Source of the DNA: Mantamonas sphyraenae STR306
Taxonomy: Eukaryota; Protista; CRuMs
Assembly (NCBI GenBank): GCA_026936335.1
Contig: JAPMXV010000011.1
Location: forward strand, 186,001-250,000
DNA: 64,000 bases
Direction of reading: 5' to 3'
The notes under the pieces were generated by a model. The model was not told where the DNA came from. It did no database searches and saw only the letters and a list, made by a program, of their open reading frames with translations. This document shows positions 15,632-26,334 of the stretch, in pieces (the first letter of the stretch is position 1; each line of letters opens with the position of its first letter). The position numbers and the translations under genes are program-made.

Positions 15632-15816
15632 GGTGGACGACTGTGGAGGTTTCTTTGGGGGGACGGTCGCGGCGAAAAGGGCTGCCCTTCCTGCACAGAA
15701 GACCAGGCAAGGACACAAGGACACAAGAGAAGGAAGTGGAAGGAGGACAGTTGGACAGTGGAGGGGCTGCAATTCATGCCGCAAATTCAGCGAGGCAAGG
15801 GGAGGAGGTCTTCAAA

Positions 15817-16385
15817 TCAAACCACCCATTTGCGCTCGCACAGGACATGTCCGTGCTCCAGGTATTCGGCGCGGGTGACAGAAAAGTGGGAATAAAAGTC
15901 GGCGGCTGCAAACATGGCGCCGCCCCGATAGGCCGCGAGCTGGGGCTGGTCGGCTTGGTAAATCTTGACGGTGTAGTCCTGGTCGACGAGGGAACGCAAC
16001 TCCGCCTCGACACGTTGGGCAAATCCGGGAAAGCGGGTGTTTCCACCAAAGAGGAGCACGTTTGCGTACAAAGGTCCATGGAGCATCTCTGGGGTGGCCT
16101 GAACAGCCTGATGAAGCAGTTCCGGGACGCCTGCTTGTTGCATGCCGATGTCCGATGGGTTGAAAAGGAGCTCGGGGATGGTGATGCGCTCGTTGTTCAT
16201 GACAAGCACCTGCTCTTCCTCCTCGGGCTGGTCCATGGTGCTTGCGGCCGCCTCGCGGATTCGTTTCTTTGTCCGCACCACCTTTTCCTGCCTCTGCTGC
16301 CATTGCGGCACCTTGTGTGCATCCACAGAGGCCCCCTTTGTCTTTTCGGTGTGCTGTTCTGTGTCCATGCTGTCCTGTGTGCGAC

Positions 16386-16420
<35 letters not shown>

Positions 16421-17313
16421 GCGTCTGTGTCGATCTGGCTTTCCACACGCGCTCGTTTGGTGGCCTGGCCCTCGCCAGCCGAGCTTGTGGATGTGTCGTT
16501 GGCCGCGTCTTCATCGATGTATTCGCCGTCCGGGGTGCGGATGAGGCCCAGCTTGTTGGTGGTGAAGTTGGGCAGGACAAAGTGTCGCTCGAGGAGGTTT
16601 TCGGGCCAGCGTTGGGCACTGCGTTGCAACTCTTGCTCAAAGTCAGTGGAGACGTAGCAGAGACGCTCCTTGACGCTGTTGACCAGATGGGATTCGTCCA
16701 TCATGTTCCACTGACGGTAGGAAATGTCTCGCTTGAGCTGGTTCGTCAGCGCCTTGCCGCCGAGATCGAGCCGCCGCACAGCGTAGTCGAGCTTGTAGTT
16801 GTCGAAGAAGGGCACGGCGTGGGTGAACGAATAGCCCGAGTCGAGGACGAGGTTTGCGCAGCTTTGCGAGAACTGGCTTTGTGGTTGCTGGTACTTGTGA
16901 TCAAACATGGCCAGCATGGCCGCCGACGTGCGATAGCAAGCCTGGAACTGATACTCTTCAAACAGCACCTCGTTGCATGTGTTGCCCAACATGCTCGGGG
17001 TCAGCAACGCCTGTGTGAGCAGCACCTCGCTTTCCTTGCACTCCAGGCCCTCTTGTTTGAACAGCCGGTCCCACAGCGTCTTTTGCACGTTCCAGTCCGT
17101 CAGGTACCCCCTCTCGAACGGCCGTTTGTACACCAGACTGGACGAGTCGGATCGAGTGTAGTCAAACTCGTCGCCCACATAGTTCTTCTTGTCTGTCTTG
17201 TTGCGAGCCACCGAGTTGTCCATCACCCGCCTCGGCGTCGCTTCGCCCGCGTAGCCAAAGCGCACTTCGGACGCGCCATTGTCCAGTACCACCCGCTTAG
17301 TTGGTTGAGACAT
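15817..17313 (-). CDS. ARP6: Actin-related protein 6 (SWR1/SRCAP complex) with Ser-rich insertion
   Basis: Motifs VVLDNGA, YKRPFERGYLTDW, LDSGYSFTH, GGKALTNQLK..ISYRQWNMMDE, NERITIPELLFNPSDIG. Confidence 0.92.
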
Positions 17314-17510
17314 GCTGCTGTGCAATCGGTGATTGCGTCGCGTTGGGATGCCACCACACGCGCGCGTGGGCGGAGAAAAAGACAACTTGACTGAGCTGCA
17401 GCGCGACTCAGGCGTGGTCTTTTCCCACTGCAAAGTGCCTCCTTTTGCGGCCACAATCCATTCCGACGACAGAAAAACTCCGCTCTCTGTTCATTTTTCT
17501 TTCTCTCTGC

Positions 17511-20500
17511 TCACCCTGTCGAATCGCGGCTGTTGGCGGCACTCGTCCTGCGGAGGAGAGAGGCCGAGGAGCCTGTGCGACTGAGGGTGCCACGGCGTTG
17601 ACCAAACGATCCCGACCTGTTCATGGGCGGGTGGGATTCGACGGGTGCGTTCTCGTCGTGCAGCAAGTCTGCAGTGTCGGAGGAGGTGCCGCCGCCGCTG
17701 AGTGAGACGCCAAGGGCACTGAGTGACGAATCCAGCTCCAGGTCGAGTGCCGATGAGGCACTGGTGGAACTGGTGACGCCCTTGGCTTGCTGCGCCAGAA
17801 GCTCCAAGTCGTCGTCGTCCTGCTCTTCGTCTGCCTTTCGACTTGACGACTGTCGACGATCCTTTGTGTCCTCCTCCTCCCCATCCGTGTGTTCCGCACT
17901 GCTGCTTGCGCCTGCCTCGCCGCTGCTGCCGCTGCCACCTTCACCAGAGGTGCCCCTTTGCCTGCGACGTCGTCGTCGTCCGCCGCTGCTGCCGCTGCTC
18001 GCCGGTGGGCGAGGCGACCCACGTGAGCTGCGTCCTCCTGCAGCGGCTGCACGTCGTCGTGGGCTCCTGCGTGGGCTGCTTGCAGGGCTGCCGCGGCTTC
18101 CACCGCGACGTGATCGTGACCTACGTTGCCGCCTGCCAGTGCGTCGTCGTGTGCTCGAATTGGCTTCCTTGGCCTCGTCGTCGTCCTCCACTCCGCTCAG
18201 GTGTCGTGCCAGGTTCATCCGTTTGTGTTCCTCGTCGTATGCCAGCGTCAGGTTGTCGATTTGCTTCTGTGCCACGTCTCGGTACATCATGATTTCGCTC
18301 TCCACCTCCCGTGCCCGTCGTTCCGCCTTGGTTCGCGACTCGGTCTCCCTGCCCAGCCGTTGCACCATCTGCCGCAGCTTGCTTTCCCGCTCGCCACGGA
18401 TGCGGCTGACATTCTTGGCCGCAAACTGGCCCTCGCTCTCGATCTGCTTGCGCTTTTGCACCTCGGCCGAGATTTCCTCCTGAATGGAGCGCAGAGCAGT
18501 GGCCATGTCCTCTTTCGCCGCCTCCAGCTTGTCCTTGTGCTCCTGCAACTCGGCATCCAGCTGCTGCCTAACCCTGACCTGTGCCTTGAGTTCCTTGCGC
18601 AGTTCCTGCAGGCGTCGTTCCTCCTCCAGAAGCACCTCGATGCGCTTTTCGTAGCGCTTAAACGCTCCCTCACGGTGCTTGCGCTGGTTGTCGCGCATGG
18701 CCCGTTCCATGACGTCAAACTGGCGGTAGTTGATGTTGTTGTAGTTGAGGTCGATGTTGATCAGCGAAGCATTGGCCTTGAAGCTCTCTGCAAAGGCCAT
18801 GGCCCCTTGGTCACTGATGGAATTGTTGCGCAGGTTGAGTGCGGTCAGGGTGCGGTTGGCACGCGCAAGCACTTCCGCCAAACTTACGCCGCCCTCGTCA
18901 CCAACACGACAGCTGCTCATGTCGATGCTACGGCACATGCTGTTCTTGGCAAGTGCATTGGCCATGAGGGCGGCTCCCTGGCTATCGATGGGGTTGTGCG
19001 ACAGGTTGAGCTTGCGGATGCTCCAGTTGCTGCGAAACGCCTCCATCAAATCCTCCAGGTCGTCGATGTCGTTGTGCGACAGGTTGAGCGATTGCAGCGC
19101 GCGTGAATCACGCATGGTCACACTCAGCATGCGCATGCCGTCGGAATGAATCTCGTTGCGGGACAGGTTGAGCGCCTGCAGCGAGGTGTTGGAACGCAGC
19201 GAGCCGCCAATGCTCAGGCAGCCCTCCGACGTAATGCCATTGTTGCTCAGATCCAGGGCGGTGAGGGAGCAGAACGGATGCAGCAGCACGGTGGACAGGT
19301 ACTTTGCGCCCGCGTCGCCGATTTGGTTGCGCGACAGGTTGAGGTCGGTCACGTTGCTGCGAATCAGTGCCTGGGCAAACGTGTGGATGCAATCTGGATT
19401 GTCGATGCTGTTTGCGCCCAGATCGAGCACCTGAAGCGAACAGTTGTTGGAGAGGCCGTGCGAGAGCACAGACAGACCTTCCGAACCAACCCCGTTGCCG
19501 TGCAGTCCGATATGGTAAATCACCTGGTTGGTTTCCAGCACATGGCTCAGACGTGCGCAGCCTTTGGCTCCCACGTGGTTGCGTGCAATGCCTCCGCTGG
19601 CGTTGAGGTTGAGCGTGGTCAGCGTGCGGTTCTCCAAAAGCGCCTGGAACAACTGGTCCGAGCCACCCATGCCGATGTTGTTGCTCTGCAAATCCATGGT
19701 CAGCAGAGTGTTGTTCTCCCGGATGAGATGGGCACAATACAACGCCCCTTCGTCCTGGATGAGGTGGTTGCTCTGGAGATTGAGATGCAACACGTTTTCG
19801 TCGCCTCGCAGGATGGCGTACAGTGCATACATGGACGCAGGACCCAGACCACTCTCGTTGAGATTGAATCGCTCTAGTGTGCAGCGTTCCTCCAGTGTCT
19901 TGCGGAAGCGGATGGCCCGCTGTTCGTTGGCGCTCATCCCAATGTCTTCCATCTTGGCATTGAGCAGCAGCTCGGCAGCCTCTGGGTCCAGACCACACTC
20001 CGGGTCGATCTCCATAAACACCTCGCGCGGGCTCTTTTCCGGCGCTGGCGTGAAGCACAGGTACTGTGGTAGGGTGTGCAGGCGCGTGGCAAGGGGCAAC
20101 GCGGCGGAGGGTCAGCAAAAGAGGCTTCAACGGGCAACAACGGGCAGAATCGTCGCGGGCGATTGCAGCGCACAAGAGCATTCAGTGGGCGTACCTTTGT
20201 GGTTGTATGGCTCAATCGAGGCCCTACGGTGTGTGGTCGGATTCCAGAGGGACCCAGGGTGCCGACACCGTCCATCGGGCCGCCGTACGTGCGCGCCCCT
20301 GCAGTTTGGGCGAGCGTCCGTTGCTTGGCGAAGGCTGAAGGTGATATGTACAGCTCCTTCTTGCCTGCATCTGCGTCGATCATGAGCACCTGTGACATTG
20401 CATTGTGTGTGGGCTCGTCCTCGTCGTCTTGGTCGTCTTCATCGTCACCCATGTCGTCGTCGGCGGCGTTCTCCGAGTCGTCCATCGACATGGTGCTGCT

Positions 20501-20827
20501 GCTGCTGCCCGCTGTGTTGGCCGTTTTCACGCGCACACGGCGGCCAGACGGCGCTGTGGTGGACAGTACGTGTGCAGCGTCGCGTGGTGACAGGTTGCCC
20601 ATCCACACGTTGGCCTCAGGGTCTCCCGTGCGTGGGCGCGAGCGAATCGACGAAGGCCGTTGCTCGGATTCGGCCGTCTGGTACGCGTACCGCGTCTGCT
20701 TGCGCTTCGGCGACCGTGGCTTGGCCTTGTAGAAGAAGGACACTTTGTCGTTGGTTTCGCCGTGGGAGTTGAACAGGCCTTCCTCCTCCTGTTCGGAATC
20801 GCTGGAGAGTAGTTCCTCCTCCGCCAT
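17511..20827 (-). CDS. RNI-like leucine-rich repeat protein with C-terminal coiled coil and R/S-rich tail
   Basis: About 12 28-aa LxxLxLxxNxIxxxG repeats. Intron 20194-20064 (GTACGC..CAG, phase 0) joins the track ORFs 19934..20827 and 17511..20099. Confidence 0.85.
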
Positions 20828-21002
20828 GCTTGCTTCGATGGTTGATTTGGTGGAGACAGGGCAGGTGGTGCCGGATGAATCATCTGCAAAACTGTGGACA
20901 CATCATCTTGTGTGGGTGAGTGTGGGTGAGTGAGTGTGTGTGTGTATGGGTGCAGAATAGCGCCGTGGGACGCCGTGGGAGCCAACAACAACTCGGCAAA
21001 GG

Positions 21003-21884
21003 ATGGCACGCGCGGCAGAGAAAGCCCAGAGCTCGCTGAACCGGTATCTGGCGTCGCAGAACCCAAATGCAGGCAAGCAGGAGCGGAGACCATACCTGGC
21101 CAAGCTTTGCTCGTCACTTCCGGCGGCCGAACGGTGGAGGAGGCAGATCCTGAGCGAGATCAACCAGAAGGTGACGCTCATCCAGGCTGATTCGTTAGGA
21201 GAACACAAGATCATGGAGATGAACGACGAAATCAACAAGCTCATGAGGGAAATGAACCATTGGAACAGGCGGATAGTGGAGCTGGGCGGCGCCAACCACT
21301 CGGTGAGTATGCGGAGGGTGTTGGGGAAAGGGGCAAGCGCGCGCGTCACATGCTCGCTCGCCATGACACCACAGGCACCCAGCACACAGACACTGACACG
21401 ACCGAGGACGCCGGCACAGAAATCACAAGCGCCCATTGCCGACGCAGACGGCAAAGTTGTACAGGGAAGGCGCAACTACATGTACTTTGGTGCCGCGAGA
21501 CGGCTGCCGGCGGTGAAGGAGTTGCTGGAAGCGGAAAGCGCGAAGCCGCAGTCGGGCAAGAAGAAAAGCAGGCAAGAGTTGTACCGCAATGTGGACCATG
21601 ACTACTACGGCATCCGGGATGAAGACGACGGCGTGCTGATTGAGCTGGAGAGCGAAGTGGAGCAGCAGATGGCCCAGGAGTTGCAGGAGGAGGAGGAGGA
21701 GGAGTGGAGCAAGAGCGCCAAAGGTGAGCAGGACGGTGACGAATTGGACAACGAAGAGTTTGTTTTGGATCTGGACGAGGCATACGAGGTTCCAAGTGTC
21801 AGCACGCTGGAAAAGGAGTTTGTCGAGCGGCAAAAGGCGGAGCTCAAACAGATGCTACGCGACGGCATGGTGATGGAGATGTGA
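21003..21884 (+). CDS. ISY1: Pre-mRNA splicing factor ISY1
   Basis: Motifs MARAAEKAQSSLNRY, AERWRRQI, NDEINKLMRE..HW, YMYFGAARRLP, YYGIRDEDDG. In-frame 117-nt intron 21303-21419. Confidence 0.93.
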   Translation: MARAAEKAQSSLNRYLASQNPNAGKQERRPYLAKLCSSLPAAERWRRQILSEINQKVTLIQADSLGEHKIMEMNDEINKLMREMNHWNRRIVELGGANHSVSMRRVLGKGASARVTCSLAMTPQAPSTQTLTRPRTPAQKSQAPIADADGKVVQGRRNYMYFGAARRLPAVKELLEAESAKPQSGKKKSRQELYRNVDHDYYGIRDEDDGVLIELESEVEQQMAQELQEEEEEEWSKSAKGEQDGDELDNEEFVLDLDEAYEVPSVSTLEKEFVERQKAELKQMLRDGMVMEM

Positions 21885-21994
21885 GGAGAGTGCCAAGGTG
21901 GACATGGAGACGGTGCGTGAGGGATGGGTGTGGGATCGAAATGCAGTGTTGAGGTGGCCAGCTGCGGCAACGGATCCATCCGATTCTTCCAGTC

Positions 21995-24900
21995 ATGCCA
22001 ATGCGCCGGACGCATGCCCTGCTGCTCGTGTTTGTGTTGTGTATATGCACACAGCCCACTGTGGCGGATTGTGTGCAGCGGCAGCAGCTGCTGGAGGTGG
22101 CGGCGGCTGTGGCGCCTCCTTCGACACCCCTCGCAGGTTGTTTCTGCACCTGGGGAGACCCATTTTCGTGCAACATCTCCACACCGGGGTACAACAGGAC
22201 AGATCCATGTTGTGGGGATGTCACGGTGCCCGTAGGACTGACCATGGAGTTTCGGGAGGTCGACTTTGCAAAGGTCGCCCAAAACGGCCCCATTTCCGGC
22301 CTGGAGATGCTTTCCCTCGAGAAGGTCACATTCCTGGGCCCGTTCGAGTGGATTTGCACAAACACAGACCTCAGGTTCCTTGCGCTGCAATGGATGGAGC
22401 TCAGTGCGGTTCCCCACTGCGTGGAAAACCTGACTTCTCTCTCTACATTGGACCTGTCTGCAAACAACTTGGTCACTCTTCCTGACTTTCTCGGGCAGCT
22501 TTCGCAACTGCGTGTGCTGCGTGTGGGGAGCAACCACCTCACGGACGTGCCAGCGTCCCTGTCCACGCTGATCCTCGACGAACTTGTCCTCGACGACAAC
22601 CGCCTCTCCACCGTCCCTCTACTTCTGCAACAGCTGCCGCAACTGCAGCTACTGGGCATGGCATACAACCGCTTGACGTCTTTGCCCCCTTGGATGGCCT
22701 CCATGACGCAGCTGACGTCCCTCGACGTTTCGAACAATCGAATCCGTGCGCTCCCTGCATGGGTTGGCCAGTTCACATCTTTGACGTCTCTGTTTTTGTC
22801 CGGAAATAGCCTTGTGAGCCTTCCGTCCAGTTTGGGCAATCTGAATCGGCTACAGGTGTTGGCAGTCGCCAAATGCCAGCTCCGCGAGCTGCCGGACACT
22901 TTTTCCGCGCTGACGTACCTCAACGAGCTCCATCTCAGCCAGAACCTCCTGACACGAGTACCCGAAGCAATCACGACGTTCACACGCTTGACAGAGCTTC
23001 ACATGGACGACAACAGGCTCACTCAGCTTCCGAGCAATTTCTCTCAACTTGCTCAGCTTTCGTTGCTGGATGTGTCGTCCAACCAGCTCACTTCGCTCCC
23101 AGTTGGACTCAATCCAAAGCTGGATACACTCAAGGCATCCAAGAACAGGATACGTGAGCTTCCCAGCGATTTCGGCACCTTGCAAGCGCTGTCGGATCTG
23201 GAGCTGGCCAACAACCAGCTCACATCGCTCCCATCCGAAGTGGGATCCATGTCCCAGCTCTTCATTCTACTGCTGAGCAACAACGCGTTGACAGAATTGC
23301 CGCCGATGCACTCGATGCCCACTCTCAACAACTTGGACGTGTCCAACAACCAGCTGACGAAATTCCCCACCACCACAGCTCCGATGACGCTACTGAGAAC
23401 CGTCAGCTTGGGAAGAAACAAGATAAGCACCATTCCCAAAGACATTCTCAACATGGTGGCTCTGCGATCGCTGTCACTGGCAAGCAATTGCCTGACGTCA
23501 ATACCGGACGAGCTCGGACGCCTGCCACTCGTGTTTCTCTCGCTTGAGGACAACCAGTTGACGGAGCTGCCAGACTCTGTAGCCAACATTTCTACCCTAC
23601 TCGATCTGTTCGTGGCAAAGAATCAGCTCCAGGAGGTGCCGGAAACAATTGGCAACGCCCGTGGCATGGTCCATTTGGATCTTTCCAGCAACCGCCTTGC
23701 GCGCATTCCAGACTCCATCGGGCTGCTGACCGGCCTCGAAAGCATCTCGCTGTCCAACAACCTGATTTCATCGCTTCCAGCATCGTTTGCACAGCTGCAA
23801 GGGCTGCGAACACTTACTTTGGCCAACAACCGCTTCAGTAGCTTCCCGCCGTCGCTCTATCCTCTCTCCTTGGCCATTCTGGACGTTTCATTCAACCAAC
23901 TACTTGTTTTGGGAAACATGACCCGCTTGGGACGGCTGGTGGAGCTTGATGCGTCCAGCAACGCTCTGATCGGGCTGCCACAGCAAATGGGCTCAGAGCT
24001 GGAGACGCTGCGCCTGGCCAACAACCGGATTTCAGGCATCGTTACCATGGGTATCCTCCCATCCAATTTGGCGTATCTCGACTTGTCGGCCAACTCGATC
24101 GAGCATGTCGACATCGACGTTGAGATGCCTGCGCTGCGGTACCTCGACTTTTCTCACAATCCATCGATGCAAGGCGATGTCACCTCGGCTTCACTTCCCT
24201 CCATCGAGGAGTTCAAGGCATACAACACCCAACTGAGTGGTTCCCTGGAGCATTGGTCGTCTCTGGCTCAACTGCAGCGGTTGGATTTGCACGGTTCACA
24301 CATCGGAGGCGGATTCCCGTCGTCCATGATGGACAGCACGGCGCTGTGGTATGTGGACGTAACAGGAACACAAATGCGACTGGAAACAGGAGAGACGGGC
24401 TTCTTGCAAGCTGTGGAGGGCGAGGCGCGCACGTTTGGAAATGTGACGTGCGCATCTGTCGGGCGCGGGGGCAAAGGCGCAGGGAAGCAACTGCTTTTCT
24501 TTTACGAACCAGAGCAGTGGTTCAGTATGTGTGGATGCTCGAATGGATTCTTTGGGCGACGGCGCACGTGCTTGCCATGCGCCGAAGAGTTCAGCCGCTG
24601 CCAGTGCAGGTCGGGCTGGATCGAGGGCTGTCGAGCGGTGACAGCACCAGGCAACACGACGCAGCTACTTGCTGTACTTCCTTGTCCTGTGGCAGACGCG
24701 TGCGTGCGTGTGGCACCGTCACAAGACGAATCTGGGAATGTTGTTGACGGTTCGCTCTCCTGTGCACAGGGCTACCGCAACGGTTCGCGGCTCTGCAGCG
24801 AGTGTGACACAGGATACTACCGGAGTGGACGTGTGTGTAGCAAGTGTCCGTCTGGATGGGAGGCAGTGTTGAGCCTGGTGCTCTTTGCGCTGGGCGGATT

Positions 24901-26269
24901 GGCGTTTGTCTTTGTGGTCCGTCGCCAGAAGCTGCACCACGGCGGCAGTTCGGCTACACTCAAGGTTGTGCTGTTCTTCTGGCAGATCCTTGCGACAATC
25001 GAAAGATCGTCGATCTCGCTGACCACCGCGGTGCACCAAGGGGCGGCCGGAGTGGTGGGTAGTGTGCAGGGAGGCCAAGCGGGCAGTGTGAGTGGCGTGG
25101 GGCGATTGGTACAGGGTCTGATGGGGTTTGTGCACACAGTGGCATCGTCGGTCAACCTGAGTGTGGGGTCGCTGGAGTGCTTGTTTGCCGCGCCACCAGG
25201 ATTCACAGAGAGGTGGAACGGAGGGTTCGTAGCAAGCATGACTCTTGTGGTGCCGCTGGTACTGGTGGGTGTGTGCATGTCCTTGGCATGGCGATGGTGG
25301 AGACTGTGGAGGACCCGAGGGCGCGCCGAGGCCGCAATGCTGCAGGAGCATGGCTCATCGGTGGTGGCTTCCATGGAGGAAGAAGAAGAAGTAGAAGGAG
25401 AGAAGGATGGATCAAATGAGTTTGGATGGCATGGTGAGGCAGGTGGAGTCGGGATCAAGCATCAAGTGGCTGGCCTTGCGTTGTTTGTGCTGCATGTCGC
25501 CTACGGGCCGGTGTTGCTCCAGTCCATGAGCTTTCTGATGTGCACAGATGCAAACACAGGTGTGAGTGATGACAAAGTGTGGTTTCTGAACCAGCTTCCC
25601 TTCATCCAGTGTCGCGGGGCCGGTGCTGCCCGCGATACGACTCTGCAGAGCGTGCAGGGTGTGTCATGGACCCTGTTCGTTTTGGTAGGCGTCGGACTGC
25701 CTTTGTTTGACGGGTGTGCGTTGTGGTATCTTCAACGGACAGGAAAGGCGGAGGAGCCGTGGGCACAAGTTGCTCTGGGGTTCCTCTTTCGGTCCTACAA
25801 GCGCAAGTACATGTCCTATGAGCTGGTTGTGTTTGCAAGACGCATTATGGTGACGGTGCTTGTGACGGGGGTGCCGTTCTACGAGCAGATGACCTTTTTT
25901 GGCATGCTGTTCTTCACACTGCTGTTGTCGATCTGGATCCACGGCCAAGCTCGGCCATTTGTGCGGGAGTTTGACAACCGCATGGAAACACTATCTCTGT
26001 ACACACTTGTGTCTGTGTTTGTGACTGGCACGGCGGTGACACTGAGTCGCAAGGGGTTCGACAGTGCGACAGTGGAAGGCATGGCCCTGGGCGTGGTGGT
26101 CGTCACGGTTGTGGTGGGGGTCAGCATGATGGTCGCCGTGGTGTGGAAGGCTGTGAAGAATGGGATCACACGCATGCGCATGTGGACAGGTCGCGGTCGT
26201 GGAGGGTGGAAGCAGCTGGAAGCCGTGGCTGCCGGTGATGCGATCGAGCCTTTGATCGGAGAGGACTGA
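21995..26269 (+). CDS. Signal peptide + LRR ectodomain + Cys-rich region + ~7-TM receptor-like protein
   Basis: About 25 LxxLxLxxNxLxxLP repeats, then CAQGYRNGSRLCSECDTGYY..CSKC, then a multi-TM region with FWQIL, YELVVFARR and RPF..FDNRME. Confidence 0.88.
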   Translation: MPMRRTHALLLVFVLCICTQPTVADCVQRQQLLEVAAAVAPPSTPLAGCFCTWGDPFSCNISTPGYNRTDPCCGDVTVPVGLTMEFREVDFAKVAQNGPISGLEMLSLEKVTFLGPFEWICTNTDLRFLALQWMELSAVPHCVENLTSLSTLDLSANNLVTLPDFLGQLSQLRVLRVGSNHLTDVPASLSTLILDELVLDDNRLSTVPLLLQQLPQLQLLGMAYNRLTSLPPWMASMTQLTSLDVSNNRIRALPAWVGQFTSLTSLFLSGNSLVSLPSSLGNLNRLQVLAVAKCQLRELPDTFSALTYLNELHLSQNLLTRVPEAITTFTRLTELHMDDNRLTQLPSNFSQLAQLSLLDVSSNQLTSLPVGLNPKLDTLKASKNRIRELPSDFGTLQALSDLELANNQLTSLPSEVGSMSQLFILLLSNNALTELPPMHSMPTLNNLDVSNNQLTKFPTTTAPMTLLRTVSLGRNKISTIPKDILNMVALRSLSLASNCLTSIPDELGRLPLVFLSLEDNQLTELPDSVANISTLLDLFVAKNQLQEVPETIGNARGMVHLDLSSNRLARIPDSIGLLTGLESISLSNNLISSLPASFAQLQGLRTLTLANNRFSSFPPSLYPLSLAILDVSFNQLLVLGNMTRLGRLVELDASSNALIGLPQQMGSELETLRLANNRISGIVTMGILPSNLAYLDLSANSIEHVDIDVEMPALRYLDFSHNPSMQGDVTSASLPSIEEFKAYNTQLSGSLEHWSSLAQLQRLDLHGSHIGGGFPSSMMDSTALWYVDVTGTQMRLETGETGFLQAVEGEARTFGNVTCASVGRGGKGAGKQLLFFYEPEQWFSMCGCSNGFFGRRRTCLPCAEEFSRCQCRSGWIEGCRAVTAPGNTTQLLAVLPCPVADACVRVAPSQDESGNVVDGSLSCAQGYRNGSRLCSECDTGYYRSGRVCSKCPSGWEAVLSLVLFALGGLAFVFVVRRQKLHHGGSSATLKVVLFFWQILATIERSSISLTTAVHQGAAGVVGSVQGGQAGSVSGVGRLVQGLMGFVHTVASSVNLSVGSLECLFAAPPGFTERWNGGFVASMTLVVPLVLVGVCMSLAWRWWRLWRTRGRAEAAMLQEHGSSVVASMEEEEEVEGEKDGSNEFGWHGEAGGVGIKHQVAGLALFVLHVAYGPVLLQSMSFLMCTDANTGVSDDKVWFLNQLPFIQCRGAGAARDTTLQSVQGVSWTLFVLVGVGLPLFDGCALWYLQRTGKAEEPWAQVALGFLFRSYKRKYMSYELVVFARRIMVTVLVTGVPFYEQMTFFGMLFFTLLLSIWIHGQARPFVREFDNRMETLSLYTLVSVFVTGTAVTLSRKGFDSATVEGMALGVVVVTVVVGVSMMVAVVWKAVKNGITRMRMWTGRGRGGWKQLEAVAAGDAIEPLIGED

Positions 26270-26334
26270 GCAAACTACTGTAATGGTGACAATGTTCATC
26301 TCTCCTTCTCTCTCGTGCCTTCTCTTGCACCCAG

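Noticed and set aside
26282-26294. aatggtgacaatg matching the reverse complement of 4745-4757
   Set aside because: It is an isolated 13-mer 21 kb away across housekeeping genes, with no TSD or extended similarity.
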